Notes under the pieces: model-generated
Database searches by the model: none
Told to the model about the DNA's origin: nothing
The model's input: the letters and a program-made list of their open reading frames with translations, nothing else
Translations under genes and position numbers: made by a program
Part shown: one piece after another, positions 29,614 to 38,693 of the stretch
How positions within the stretch are numbered: position 1 is the stretch's first letter
Layout: the number at the start of each line of letters is the position of its first letter
From: Elusimicrobiota bacterium
GTDB taxonomy: Bacteria; Elusimicrobiota; Elusimicrobia; UBA1565; UBA9628
Length of the DNA: 64,000 bases
Reading direction: 5' to 3'
NCBI GenBank assembly: GCA_027319565.1
Contig: DAHVNA010000005.1
Location: forward strand, 548-64,547

Positions 29614-31131
29614 ATGAAACTGACGATCGCTGTTCTTTCTTTATTTACTCCGCTTTCCGCATTCGCACAGACAGTCAACGTCTCAACTCCCGCCGCGCCC
29701 ACTCGTTTTCTGCCCATCGCGATTTCAAGCTCCGCTCAAACCCAAACTCAAATTGTTTCAACTCACACCCTAAACGCATCCCTGGCCTCTCCGGCGATTC
29801 CTAAAATTTCCTCATCTACGGCCAAGGTCCGGACTCCCGCGATATCGTCTTCAACCGCGCAAAAACAGGTTTCCCAACCCGCCCCCATTCCTTTAGATGG
29901 GATCTCCCAGGCAAAAGAAGATTACCAAGAGGGGCTTGCCGATTTCAAAAATGGACAAGACAGCGCCGGACGAGAAAAAATGGCGGACGCCTTTAGCATC
30001 GTCATCTCCCGCTTTCACGACCCCTTGCTTCCGAAAGTTCTCGCGCCCGACTTCGATCGGATGCTGAAAAAAATACGAGTTACCATTACTTCCAATACCG
30101 AGCACATCGCCATCAATCCCAATGATCCGAAAGTTCAAGAGATGATTCAGCTTTATCTGCGCCGCCCCAAAGCGACCGAAGCGGCCCTGAACCGCTCCGG
30201 AATGTACCGGGACATGATTATGGCGGCGCTCAAGAAAAAAGGCCTGCCCCCAGAACTGTTCTATTTGGTCATGGCGGAAAGCGAATTTAAAGACGATGCC
30301 TTAAGCCGCTCGGGCGCCGCGGGCCTATGGCAATTCATGCCGGGCACCGCCGTCAAATACGGACTTAAGGTCAGCTACTGGGAAGATGATCGTTATGTTC
30401 CCGAAAAAGAAACCATGGCCGCCATCCATTATCTTTCGGATCTTCGCCGCTGGTTCGGCGATTGGGCTTTGGCTTTAGCCGCTTATAACCGTGGAGAAGG
30501 CGGCTTGGGTTATGAAATGAAGATGAGCCGCTCTCTTACTTTCGGCACCCTTTCCTCCCGCGGGGCTTTGCCGACCCAAACGAATTTCTACGTTCCTAAA
30601 TTCGAGGCCTGCGTTTTAATTGGAGAAAATCCTGAGAAATATGGTTTTCATCCCCAATATGCCGCTCCAGAATCCTTTGACACCGTCACGATTCCGCACG
30701 CTCTCGATTTGGGAATCGCCGCGCGCTGCGCTCAAACCAGCGAAAGCGTGTTGCGCCAATTAAACCCGGAACTTCGCGCCTGGTGCACACCGGAAGAAAA
30801 GTCCGGCTTTACGCTTAAAATCCCCAAAGGCTCCGCGAAAAATTTTGAGACGGCCTTGGCCCAAGTCAAGGATTGGAATCCCGGGCCGACTATGCTTCGC
30901 TACCGCATCAGAAGAGGCGACATTCTAGGAAAGATTGCGCGCCGATACCACACCACCATTTCAAGCCTCATTAGAATCAACCACATCCGCAGCGTCAGAA
31001 CCCTTAAACCCGGGCACATCATTTTAATTCGGCCGGGAATACGCCGCGTTCATATACGCCGATTGGCGCGCCGCCGACACCGGCAATCTCGCATATCTCG
31101 CTCAAAGAAAAGAAAAAGAGTTCGTGGTTGA
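29614..31131 (+). CDS. Membrane-bound lytic murein transglycosylase (SLT domain) with C-terminal LysM; MltD-like
   Basis: Signal peptide. SLT catalytic region LVMAESEFKDDALSRSGAAGLWQFMPGTA. LysM YRIRRGDILGKIARRYHTTISSLIRIN. Basic tail. Confidence 0.8.
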   Translation: MKLTIAVLSLFTPLSAFAQTVNVSTPAAPTRFLPIAISSSAQTQTQIVSTHTLNASLASPAIPKISSSTAKVRTPAISSSTAQKQVSQPAPIPLDGISQAKEDYQEGLADFKNGQDSAGREKMADAFSIVISRFHDPLLPKVLAPDFDRMLKKIRVTITSNTEHIAINPNDPKVQEMIQLYLRRPKATEAALNRSGMYRDMIMAALKKKGLPPELFYLVMAESEFKDDALSRSGAAGLWQFMPGTAVKYGLKVSYWEDDRYVPEKETMAAIHYLSDLRRWFGDWALALAAYNRGEGGLGYEMKMSRSLTFGTLSSRGALPTQTNFYVPKFEACVLIGENPEKYGFHPQYAAPESFDTVTIPHALDLGIAARCAQTSESVLRQLNPELRAWCTPEEKSGFTLKIPKGSAKNFETALAQVKDWNPGPTMLRYRIRRGDILGKIARRYHTTISSLIRINHIRSVRTLKPGHIILIRPGIRRVHIRRLARRRHRQSRISRSKKRKRVRG

Positions 31132-32018
31132 GACAAGAAACGGAAAATAACGGCAAGCGCGGAAAGAAGGCAAATTTTTTTACTTCCTTTTACCTTCCGC
31201 TTCTTTCCGTTTTTCTTTTCTCCGGATGCACGCATGATTTCTTTTTTCCAACCCACCGCCTCTACCGCCGCCCGGAAACGCTAGGCATCAACTCCGAGTG
31301 GTTTAAATTTCCCTCCAAAGATGGAACCGCCATCACCGGGCTCTTGATGAAAACATCCCAACCAAAAGCCAAGGGAATTTTAATTCAGTTTCACGGCAAT
31401 GGAGAGAACATGACTTCCCATTTCATGTTCTCTTATTGGTTGCCCGCCCAAGGTTATGATGTGTTAATTTTCGATTATCGCGGATACGGAGCCTCCGATG
31501 GGAAACCCTCGGTCAAAGGCGCCATTAAAGACGGAGAAGCGGCCATTGACTATGTTTTAAAGCGCCGGGATTTACCTTCGGCGGTATTTGTCTGGGGGCA
31601 AAGTTTGGGCGGAGCCATCGGCATCGCTTCTCTGGCCCTGGGGCGTTTTCAAAACCCGCGCATCAAGGCCCTCATCATCGAAAACTCTTTTGACTCTTAT
31701 CAGGATATGGCCGAGGCCGTATTGGGCCGCTCCTGGATTACCTGGCTTTTCCGCTGGCCGCTTTCAAGGCTGTTTATCTCCGACCGCTACGCGCCCATGA
31801 ATTACATGCGCCAATTACCGCATATTCCGATTCTGGCGATTGCCTCGACCAAAGATACGATTGTCCCATTTCGACTTGAAAAAAAACTTTTTGAGGAACT
31901 CCCTCAGCCAAAGACCCTGTGGATCGTTTCCGGGGGAGATCATTTGTCGGCCTTTACGCGATTTGGAGATTCTTTCAAGCCTAAACTTCTTGAATTTCTC
32001 AGCGAGCACCGCCATTAA
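31128..32018 (+). CDS. Alpha/beta-hydrolase lipoprotein (dienelactone hydrolase/S9-like)
   Basis: Lipobox LFSGC, nucleophile elbow GQSLGGAIG, 296 aa. Confidence 0.7.
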   Translation: MRQETENNGKRGKKANFFTSFYLPLLSVFLFSGCTHDFFFPTHRLYRRPETLGINSEWFKFPSKDGTAITGLLMKTSQPKAKGILIQFHGNGENMTSHFMFSYWLPAQGYDVLIFDYRGYGASDGKPSVKGAIKDGEAAIDYVLKRRDLPSAVFVWGQSLGGAIGIASLALGRFQNPRIKALIIENSFDSYQDMAEAVLGRSWITWLFRWPLSRLFISDRYAPMNYMRQLPHIPILAIASTKDTIVPFRLEKKLFEELPQPKTLWIVSGGDHLSAFTRFGDSFKPKLLEFLSEHRH

Positions 32019-32082
32019 AATCCATAAACCGTCTTGAGAAGAGAACCATATTTAGTAGAATGAGGTATTCCTCTACTCAACG

Positions 32083-34263
32083 ATGAATCTTGATCTTCTC
32101 AACCCCGAACAAGCGCGCGCGGTTCTTCACAAAGAAGGACCGCTCTTGGTTCTGGCCGCGGCGGGAACCGGAAAAACGCGGGTCATCACTTACCGGATCG
32201 CCAAACTTATCGAAGAAGGCGTTCCCCCCGAAAGAATCCTGGCCGTCACTTTCACCAATAAAGCCGCCGAGGAAATGCGCCAAAGAATTGAGTCTCTGTC
32301 TCCCGGAAAAGGCAGCGCGGTCTGGGTTTTCACTTTCCACGGCTTCTGCGCGAAGCTTTTGCGCCAGCACTATGAGTTAGCCAAACTCAGCCGTCATTTC
32401 ACGATTTACGATCAATCCGACCAAAAAAGACTGATCACCGAAGCGATGAAGGAACTCGGTCTCGATAGAGAAACCGCGAAGGCCTCGATGTATACCGGAA
32501 TTATCTCGCGCGCCAAAGACGATCTTTTAGACGCCGAGTCCTACGCGATCTATGCCGAAACGACCGTTGACTCTTCCAGAAAAACCGCCGCGAGAATTTA
32601 CAGCGTCTATCAAAAGAAGCTGGAAAACGCGGGAGGAGTCGATTTCGGAGATCTCTTGCTTAAAGTTTGCTCTCTTTTAAAGGAACACCCCTCTATTCGC
32701 GAATACTATCAAGATTATTTCCGGCATATTCTCGTAGACGAATACCAAGACACCAATCACGCCCAATACATCATCACCAAAACCCTGGCCTCCAAACATA
32801 AAAATCTGTGCGTGGTCGGAGACGACGATCAAAGCGTTTATTCTTGGCGCGGCGCCGATATCCGAAACATCTTGGAATTTGAGCGCGATTTTAAAGACAC
32901 CGGAGTCGTCACTCTCGAACAAAATTATCGTTCGACCAAGCCGATTCTCGACGCCGCGGGACGGGTCATCCGCAACAACGGAAAGCGCAAAGCCAAAACC
33001 TTATGGACAAAAAAAGAAGGCGGCAACGCCATCCATGTCCAAGAGTTGATGGATGAAAGAGAAGAGGCTTCCTGGGTAGTCCGTAGAATCGAAGGGGAAA
33101 AAAGAGGAGGGCGTTCTCTTTCCGATTTCGCGATTTTTTACCGCACCAACGCGCAAAGCCGTTCTTTTGAAGAGGCCTTGCGCCGCGCCGGAATCAATTA
33201 TCGATTGATCGGGGCGATGCGCTTCTATCAAAGACAAGAAATCAAAGACGCCTTGGCTTACGCGCGCGTGATTTTAAATCCGAGAGATGAAATTAGCCTG
33301 ATGCGAATCGTCAACACCCCGCCACGGGGTATCGGAAAAACCAGCCTTGAAAGAATCAAGGCTTTTGCGAATTCTAAAAATTTAAGCGGTTTGGACGCCT
33401 TTAAGGCGGCCTCGGAAATAGAAAATTTGACGCCTTCTTGCCGCAAATCCTTAGCGGATATGACTTCCTTTATTGACAGAATTCAAACCGATTTGCCGTC
33501 TTTGTCGGCCGGGCTTGCAATGGCGCGCATTTTAGAAGAATCCCGCTATTTTTCTTGGCTGGAACAAGAAAGCGAAACCGATCTCGACGCGGCTTCTCGT
33601 CTCGCCAACGTCCAAGAACTTTTAAACTCGGTCAAGGAATACGAAGAAAGAAGGCAGGCCTCCGGTTCTCCTTTAAGCCTTAGCCAGTATCTCGAAGAAA
33701 TCTCTCTTCAAACCGACAGCTTGGATGCGCCGGGGGGCGAGGATTCGATAACCCTGATGACCATTCACCTCGCCAAGGGCCTTGAGTTTCCAGTGGTTTT
33801 CCTGACCGGTCTTGAGGAAGGGTTATTTCCAATCGGCTCGAATAATTCTTCCCAGGAGGAATTGGAAGAAGAAAGGCGCCTCTGCTATGTCGGAATGACG
33901 CGGGCAAAGGAAATGTTGTATTTGACTCATGCCTCGACTCGGCGCGTTTTCGGACAAACCTATTCCAATATCCCTTCCCGCTTTATCATGGAGTCTCAGG
34001 TTGAAAGCGAATGTTCGCCCTCTTCCAAAAGACTGCCCGCTCAACCCGCGATGACGGGCTCCTCTCTTCAGCCGCCAAACTCCTACGCCCAAAGAATGGG
34101 GGCAGCGCTAAGAGTCGGCTCTCGAGTTCGGCACCCGCTTTTTGGAACGGGAGAAGTGCTGGAAAAATCCGGCAGCGGAGAAGGCGCCAAAGCCCTCATC
34201 CGCTTTCAAAATGGAAGAATCGCCAAACTTGTTTTGCGCTACGCCCCCTTGGAGGTTATTTGA
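32083..34263 (+). CDS. pcrA: ATP-dependent DNA helicase PcrA/UvrD (SF1)
   Basis: Motif I LVLAAAGTGKTRVITYRIA, motif II VDEYQDTN, motif III VVGDDDQSVYSWRGA, motif VI. 726 aa. Confidence 0.9.
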   Translation: MNLDLLNPEQARAVLHKEGPLLVLAAAGTGKTRVITYRIAKLIEEGVPPERILAVTFTNKAAEEMRQRIESLSPGKGSAVWVFTFHGFCAKLLRQHYELAKLSRHFTIYDQSDQKRLITEAMKELGLDRETAKASMYTGIISRAKDDLLDAESYAIYAETTVDSSRKTAARIYSVYQKKLENAGGVDFGDLLLKVCSLLKEHPSIREYYQDYFRHILVDEYQDTNHAQYIITKTLASKHKNLCVVGDDDQSVYSWRGADIRNILEFERDFKDTGVVTLEQNYRSTKPILDAAGRVIRNNGKRKAKTLWTKKEGGNAIHVQELMDEREEASWVVRRIEGEKRGGRSLSDFAIFYRTNAQSRSFEEALRRAGINYRLIGAMRFYQRQEIKDALAYARVILNPRDEISLMRIVNTPPRGIGKTSLERIKAFANSKNLSGLDAFKAASEIENLTPSCRKSLADMTSFIDRIQTDLPSLSAGLAMARILEESRYFSWLEQESETDLDAASRLANVQELLNSVKEYEERRQASGSPLSLSQYLEEISLQTDSLDAPGGEDSITLMTIHLAKGLEFPVVFLTGLEEGLFPIGSNNSSQEELEEERRLCYVGMTRAKEMLYLTHASTRRVFGQTYSNIPSRFIMESQVESECSPSSKRLPAQPAMTGSSLQPPNSYAQRMGAALRVGSRVRHPLFGTGEVLEKSGSGEGAKALIRFQNGRIAKLVLRYAPLEVI

Positions 34264-34562
34264 TGGAAAAATCTTCTCCGATTACGAAAGAAGACGTGCT
34301 TAAAATCGCGACCTTGGCTAAATTGTCTTTGTCCGCCGATGAAGTTTCCCTCTACCAATCGCAATTCGTCAAAATCTTGGACTCGATCGCGGAATTGTCC
34401 CGCTTAAATGTGGAAAACGTGCCCCCGACCTCTTCAGTCCTGGGTATCAAAAACGCCTTGCGCGAGGATCAAGCGTCTCCTTTTGATAACATGAACGCCC
34501 TCATTGATAACGCGCCGGAAAAAGACGGCCCTTATTTCAAAGTTCCTAAAATAATCGAATGA
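34263..34562 (+). CDS. gatC: Glu-tRNA(Gln)/Asp-tRNA(Asn) amidotransferase subunit C
   Basis: MEKSSPITKEDVLKIATLAKLSLSADEV typical GatC. ATGA overlap with pcrA stop. The upstream extension of the ORF is rejected. Confidence 0.85.
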   Translation: MEKSSPITKEDVLKIATLAKLSLSADEVSLYQSQFVKILDSIAELSRLNVENVPPTSSVLGIKNALREDQASPFDNMNALIDNAPEKDGPYFKVPKIIE

Positions 34563-36022
34563 ACCATTTAACTTCGCTCTCAGCCGCTCAAATCGCAAAA
34601 AACGTCTCGGATGGAAGTTTGAAGGCCGAAGAAGTCGCCGCAGCTCACTTAAGCCGCATTAAATCCGAAGACTCCAAGGTCAAGGCCTTTATCACGGTCT
34701 TAGAAGAACACGCGCTTAAGGTTGCCCGCCAAATTGACTCAAAAAGGGCTCAAGGGAAAAAGCTCGGCAAATTAGCCGGGGTTCCAATCGCCATCAAAGA
34801 CAATATTTTAGTCAAAGGCGTTGAAACCACCTGCGCCTCTAAAATTCTCAAGGGCTTTATGGCCCCTTACGACGCGAGTATCATCGCGAAACTCAAAGAA
34901 GAAGACGCCGTCATTATTGGAAAAACCAATCTCGATGAATTTGCGATGGGCTCATCGAACGAAAATTCCGCTTTCTTTAAGACTAAAAATCCCTGGAATT
35001 TAGACGCCGTCCCCGGGGGCTCTTCGGGAGGCTCGGCCGCCGCGGTCGCGGCCAAAATGGCGCCTTTATCCTTGGGCTCGGACACCGGAGGTTCTATCAG
35101 GCAACCCGCCGCTTTTTGCGGCTTAGTGGGTCTTAAGCCGACCTACGGACAGGTCTCCCGCTATGGCCTTATCGCCTTTGCCTCGTCTCTTGACCAAATC
35201 GGCCCCATGGCCCGAAGCGTCGAGGACGCCGCGCTTTTATTATCCTCTATCGCGGGACACGATTTAAAGGATTCGACATCGTCTCCACAAGCCGCCACCC
35301 ATTTTTCGGGAGCGCCGCTTGAAAGCGCCTGCGGCCTTAGAATCGGAATGCCGCGAGAATATTTCGCCGAGGGCCTTGACCCCGAAATCCGGAAATCCGT
35401 TTGGAACGCCGTCAATTTCCTAAAAACCATCGGCGCTGAAGTCAAAGACGTCTCTCTGCCGCATACCGCTTACGCCGTCGCGACGTATTACATCATCGCG
35501 CCATCCGAAGCCGCCTCCAATCTGGCTCGCTTTGACGGAGTCCGCTATGGACACCGCGCGCAGGACGCGAGAAGCCTTTCGGAACTCTACGAAAAAACCC
35601 GCGGGGAAGGTTTTGGCCCCGAGGTTAAAAGGCGAATCATGCTGGGCACCTACGCCCTAAGCTCGGGCTATTACGACGCCTATTATAACCAAGCGCAAAA
35701 AGCTCGGACTCTGATCGCGCAAGATTTTGAAAACGTTTTTAAGGAAGTCGATTTTCTAGCCACCCCCACCACTCCAACGGCCGCCTTTAAATTCGGCGAA
35801 AAATCATCCGACCCGGTGGCGATGTATCTATCGGATATCTTTACGATACCTTCTAATCTCGCCGGAAACGCCAGCCTCTCTGTTCCCTGCGGGCTAACCA
35901 AAGACCATTTGCCTATCGGGCTCCAGCTAATCGCTCCGGCCTTCCAAGACGAAAAATTATTGGCGCTCGCGGCCACCGTGGAAAAGGCCGTCAATTTCCC
36001 GCAGATCGCTGGGATTGGATGA
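34559..36022 (+). CDS. gatA: Glu-tRNA(Gln) amidotransferase subunit A (amidase signature family)
   Basis: Amidase signature GGSSGGSAAAVAA, Ser-cisSer-Lys triad context. 487 aa. ATGA overlap with gatC. Confidence 0.9.
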   Translation: MNHLTSLSAAQIAKNVSDGSLKAEEVAAAHLSRIKSEDSKVKAFITVLEEHALKVARQIDSKRAQGKKLGKLAGVPIAIKDNILVKGVETTCASKILKGFMAPYDASIIAKLKEEDAVIIGKTNLDEFAMGSSNENSAFFKTKNPWNLDAVPGGSSGGSAAAVAAKMAPLSLGSDTGGSIRQPAAFCGLVGLKPTYGQVSRYGLIAFASSLDQIGPMARSVEDAALLLSSIAGHDLKDSTSSPQAATHFSGAPLESACGLRIGMPREYFAEGLDPEIRKSVWNAVNFLKTIGAEVKDVSLPHTAYAVATYYIIAPSEAASNLARFDGVRYGHRAQDARSLSELYEKTRGEGFGPEVKRRIMLGTYALSSGYYDAYYNQAQKARTLIAQDFENVFKEVDFLATPTTPTAAFKFGEKSSDPVAMYLSDIFTIPSNLAGNASLSVPCGLTKDHLPIGLQLIAPAFQDEKLLALAATVEKAVNFPQIAGIG

Positions 36023-36101
36023 AAACGGACTGATGGAAGCGCCAAAGCAATCACAATGGAAGCAACCGCTGAAATCCAAACCTGGAGAGGCTACAATAAA
36101 T

Positions 36102-37196
36102 ATGCCGCTAACGCGTAGGGCCTCTCATATGATGCAGCCCTGTTTGTTCGAGGACAATTCGCCTCCTTGCATGCCATCAGTGCAGTTTCTTGGCAATAAG
36201 GAAAAATTATTGCCTTGGATTTTTAGTTTTGTGCCAACCTCGACTTTACAAAAACCCTTGCGTTTTCTTGATGGTTTTTCCGGTTCAGCCGCAGTGTCAT
36301 ATGAAGCCAAGCGCAGAGGGTTTCAAGTCACCAGCAATGATCTATTGCAATCGTGTTGGCAGTCAGCGGCGGGCTTAATAGAAAACGGGACAAATACGCT
36401 CTCACAGGCGGAAGCGGAGCGTTTATTCGAGCATTCCACCCAGGCAAGCGACATGATGAGACGGCTATTTGCCGGGCGATTTTTTACGGAATCCGAGGCA
36501 GGATTGCTGGATTCCTTCCGAGCCAACATAGAAATATTGCCAACAGCTAAACAATCGCTCGCGATGGCGGTGATGAATCGCGCCTTGACGCGAAAAATTT
36601 TGATGGGACATTTTGCCCATTGCCAAGCGTTGACTTACGCCGCCAATCCCGCTCGAATTCGGCGGAATCCTAGTATTGCTAAACCTATTCAACAATTATT
36701 CTTTGATCTATTGCCGGAATTTAACCAAGCTGTATTTGATAACGGTCTAGCGCATCACGCCTATAACTTGGAGTTGCTGGAGTTATTGCATGATGAAGTG
36801 GATTTCCATGTGGCATATTTTGATCCTCCATACTGCATGAGTCATGGCGATTACCAATCGTTTTACCATCTACTAGAGACCTATTCCCGCCGCTGGATGG
36901 ACAAAGAATTTATTGGGGGCACTAATCGATACTGGCCTCCCCTAGACACTGGTTTTGACAAAAAAGCGACAGTGATTGACTCTTTCAATAGGCTGTTCAA
37001 ATTGGCGGCTCCAATCCCACTATGGCTAATCTCATATAACGACCGGAGCTATCCTAATGTGGAAATGTTTCACGACCTGTTGTCGGCAACCGGACGAACA
37101 ATAGAAGTGCATCGTTATCAATACCAAAACAGCCGTGGCGGAAAAGGTTCGGTTAAGGGATCTCACGAAATTTTGTTTTTGGCACGCAATGAATAA
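36102..37196 (+). CDS. Dam-like (alpha-class, D12 family) N6-adenine DNA methyltransferase. Start could alternatively be Met 36171.
   Basis: N-terminal FLGNKEKLLPWI (matches the Dam/T4 Dam KWAGGK/GNK...LLP motif), motif I FLDGFSGSAAV (FxGxG), motif IV DPPY (HVAYFDPPYCMSH). GGAGAGG RBS before ATG 36102. Low-GC segment. Confidence 0.75.
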   Translation: MPLTRRASHMMQPCLFEDNSPPCMPSVQFLGNKEKLLPWIFSFVPTSTLQKPLRFLDGFSGSAAVSYEAKRRGFQVTSNDLLQSCWQSAAGLIENGTNTLSQAEAERLFEHSTQASDMMRRLFAGRFFTESEAGLLDSFRANIEILPTAKQSLAMAVMNRALTRKILMGHFAHCQALTYAANPARIRRNPSIAKPIQQLFFDLLPEFNQAVFDNGLAHHAYNLELLELLHDEVDFHVAYFDPPYCMSHGDYQSFYHLLETYSRRWMDKEFIGGTNRYWPPLDTGFDKKATVIDSFNRLFKLAAPIPLWLISYNDRSYPNVEMFHDLLSATGRTIEVHRYQYQNSRGGKGSVKGSHEILFLARNE

Positions 37197-38274
37197 ATTC
37201 AAGCATTGGTTAAAATGTTACGAAACGGATGATTTATTGCCGTTTACCGATAACGCCGACGCGTTGCTTTGGTTAAAACTCAAATCCATTGCGCGAAGAG
37301 AATACCTGAATGGATTCTTGCTTCATAGTGGGATAAAATTAAAATCGGGCACATTGAAAGAACAATGGCGAGAGCTGTTTGTTTCATTACATCAGCGGCA
37401 TGATGCGCATTCGTTGCTGGATGCTTTTATTCGCGATCAAGATCGCCGTATAGCATTGGCTTTGCCGGTTCAACAACTAGTTTCCGAACTTTACAAAATG
37501 CGTTCCTTTGACTGGGGCGGAAACTATCAGAATAATTTAGACCGTTTCCTGGTGGATCGCTATATTAAAAATATTCCGTCGTTTGATATTCTTTCGTCCA
37601 AAATAAAAACGGAAATCGCGGCGAGCGTTTCCGGTTATGTGTTGTGCTCATGGTATAATCACTGGTCATCCATTTTAATCGAGCACTTGTTCAAGCAACA
37701 CCCAAAAGTCTTACCAACGATCGGCATGATAAAAAAAGTTGATTTTTTTATTGATCAAATACCATTCGATCTAAAGGTGACTTATCTGCCGCAAGGCTAC
37801 ATCGCAGAGCAACGCAAGGCGATGGGACTAAAGCCTGAGCTAACGGAGCTAAAAGAATATGCACGAACTGAAAACATATCTTTCGATAAAACCGTCGACG
37901 ATGCGACGCAAACATATGAGATTACACAAAAATTGCTTGATATGGGCAGTCCTAATGCGGACCAGGTTCAGCGCATCAGGACTCGCATTCTAAAAGATGC
38001 CATAAAATCGCCAAAACTCTTGGCGCGTTGGCTCTATGAGAATCAAGGCGAGCGCCGATTTGACGCTTCAAATCGCGTTTTTCTAGTTATGGTGGACACC
38101 ACGGATTGGGATGCAAGCTGGAAATTAAAGCGGAATTTAGATGCGCTCAAGCCATCAATTGAAGGCTGGATTAATTCGTTTGACCGCAAGAAATTAGAAC
38201 GTTTGAAGCTAGAGTTTATTTTCGCGGGAAAATCATACCGGTGTTTTTCTGACGTCATTTTTATTGTGCGATGA
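37189..38274 (+). CDS. Putative cognate type II restriction endonuclease (hypothetical protein translationally coupled to the methyltransferase)
   Basis: ATG 37189 overlaps the MTase stop (ATGAATAA). 362 aa. Candidate PD-(D/E)XK-like motif (VDFFID...FDLK). Low GC like the MTase. No confident family match. Confidence 0.45.
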   Translation: MNKFKHWLKCYETDDLLPFTDNADALLWLKLKSIARREYLNGFLLHSGIKLKSGTLKEQWRELFVSLHQRHDAHSLLDAFIRDQDRRIALALPVQQLVSELYKMRSFDWGGNYQNNLDRFLVDRYIKNIPSFDILSSKIKTEIAASVSGYVLCSWYNHWSSILIEHLFKQHPKVLPTIGMIKKVDFFIDQIPFDLKVTYLPQGYIAEQRKAMGLKPELTELKEYARTENISFDKTVDDATQTYEITQKLLDMGSPNADQVQRIRTRILKDAIKSPKLLARWLYENQGERRFDASNRVFLVMVDTTDWDASWKLKRNLDALKPSIEGWINSFDRKKLERLKLEFIFAGKSYRCFSDVIFIVR

Positions 38275-38291
38275 TGCTAAGATGATGCTAA

Positions 38292-38693
38292 ATGGATAAA
38301 GAAAAATCCGCGGGAGGCATTCTCAGTAAAAATGGCAAGCTTATGCTGGTCCGCGTCAAGAATCTCATGGGGCAAAAAGTTTGGACTTTTCCAAAAGGAC
38401 ATATCGAAAAGAACGAAACTCCTAAAAAAGCCGCTCTTAGAGAGGTTTGGGAAGAGACCGGATGGGAATGCAAAATTATACGCCCCCTTTTTCTCGCCCG
38501 CTATCGTTTTAAAAGAAACGACAAGCCGGTCTCTAAAACCGTACGCTGGTATCTCATGGAACCGTTTTTAAAATCAGGGCGCCCAATGGCGGGGGAAATT
38601 CTCTCGGCCCAATGGCTCAGCCCCAAAATCGCCGGGAAAAGGCTCAAATATAAATCAGACCTTAGACTTTTAGACCTCTGGAAAAAACTATGA
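38292..38693 (+). CDS. NUDIX hydrolase
   Basis: Nudix box GHIEKNETPKKAALREVWEETGW. 133 aa. ATGA overlap with gatB start. Confidence 0.8.
   Translation: MDKEKSAGGILSKNGKLMLVRVKNLMGQKVWTFPKGHIEKNETPKKAALREVWEETGWECKIIRPLFLARYRFKRNDKPVSKTVRWYLMEPFLKSGRPMAGEILSAQWLSPKIAGKRLKYKSDLRLLDLWKKL

Noticed and set aside
34011-34262. N-terminal extension of the gatC ORF (183-aa version)
   Set aside because: Overlaps the 3' end of pcrA in another frame. GatC homology begins at Met 34263, which is ATGA-coupled to the pcrA stop.
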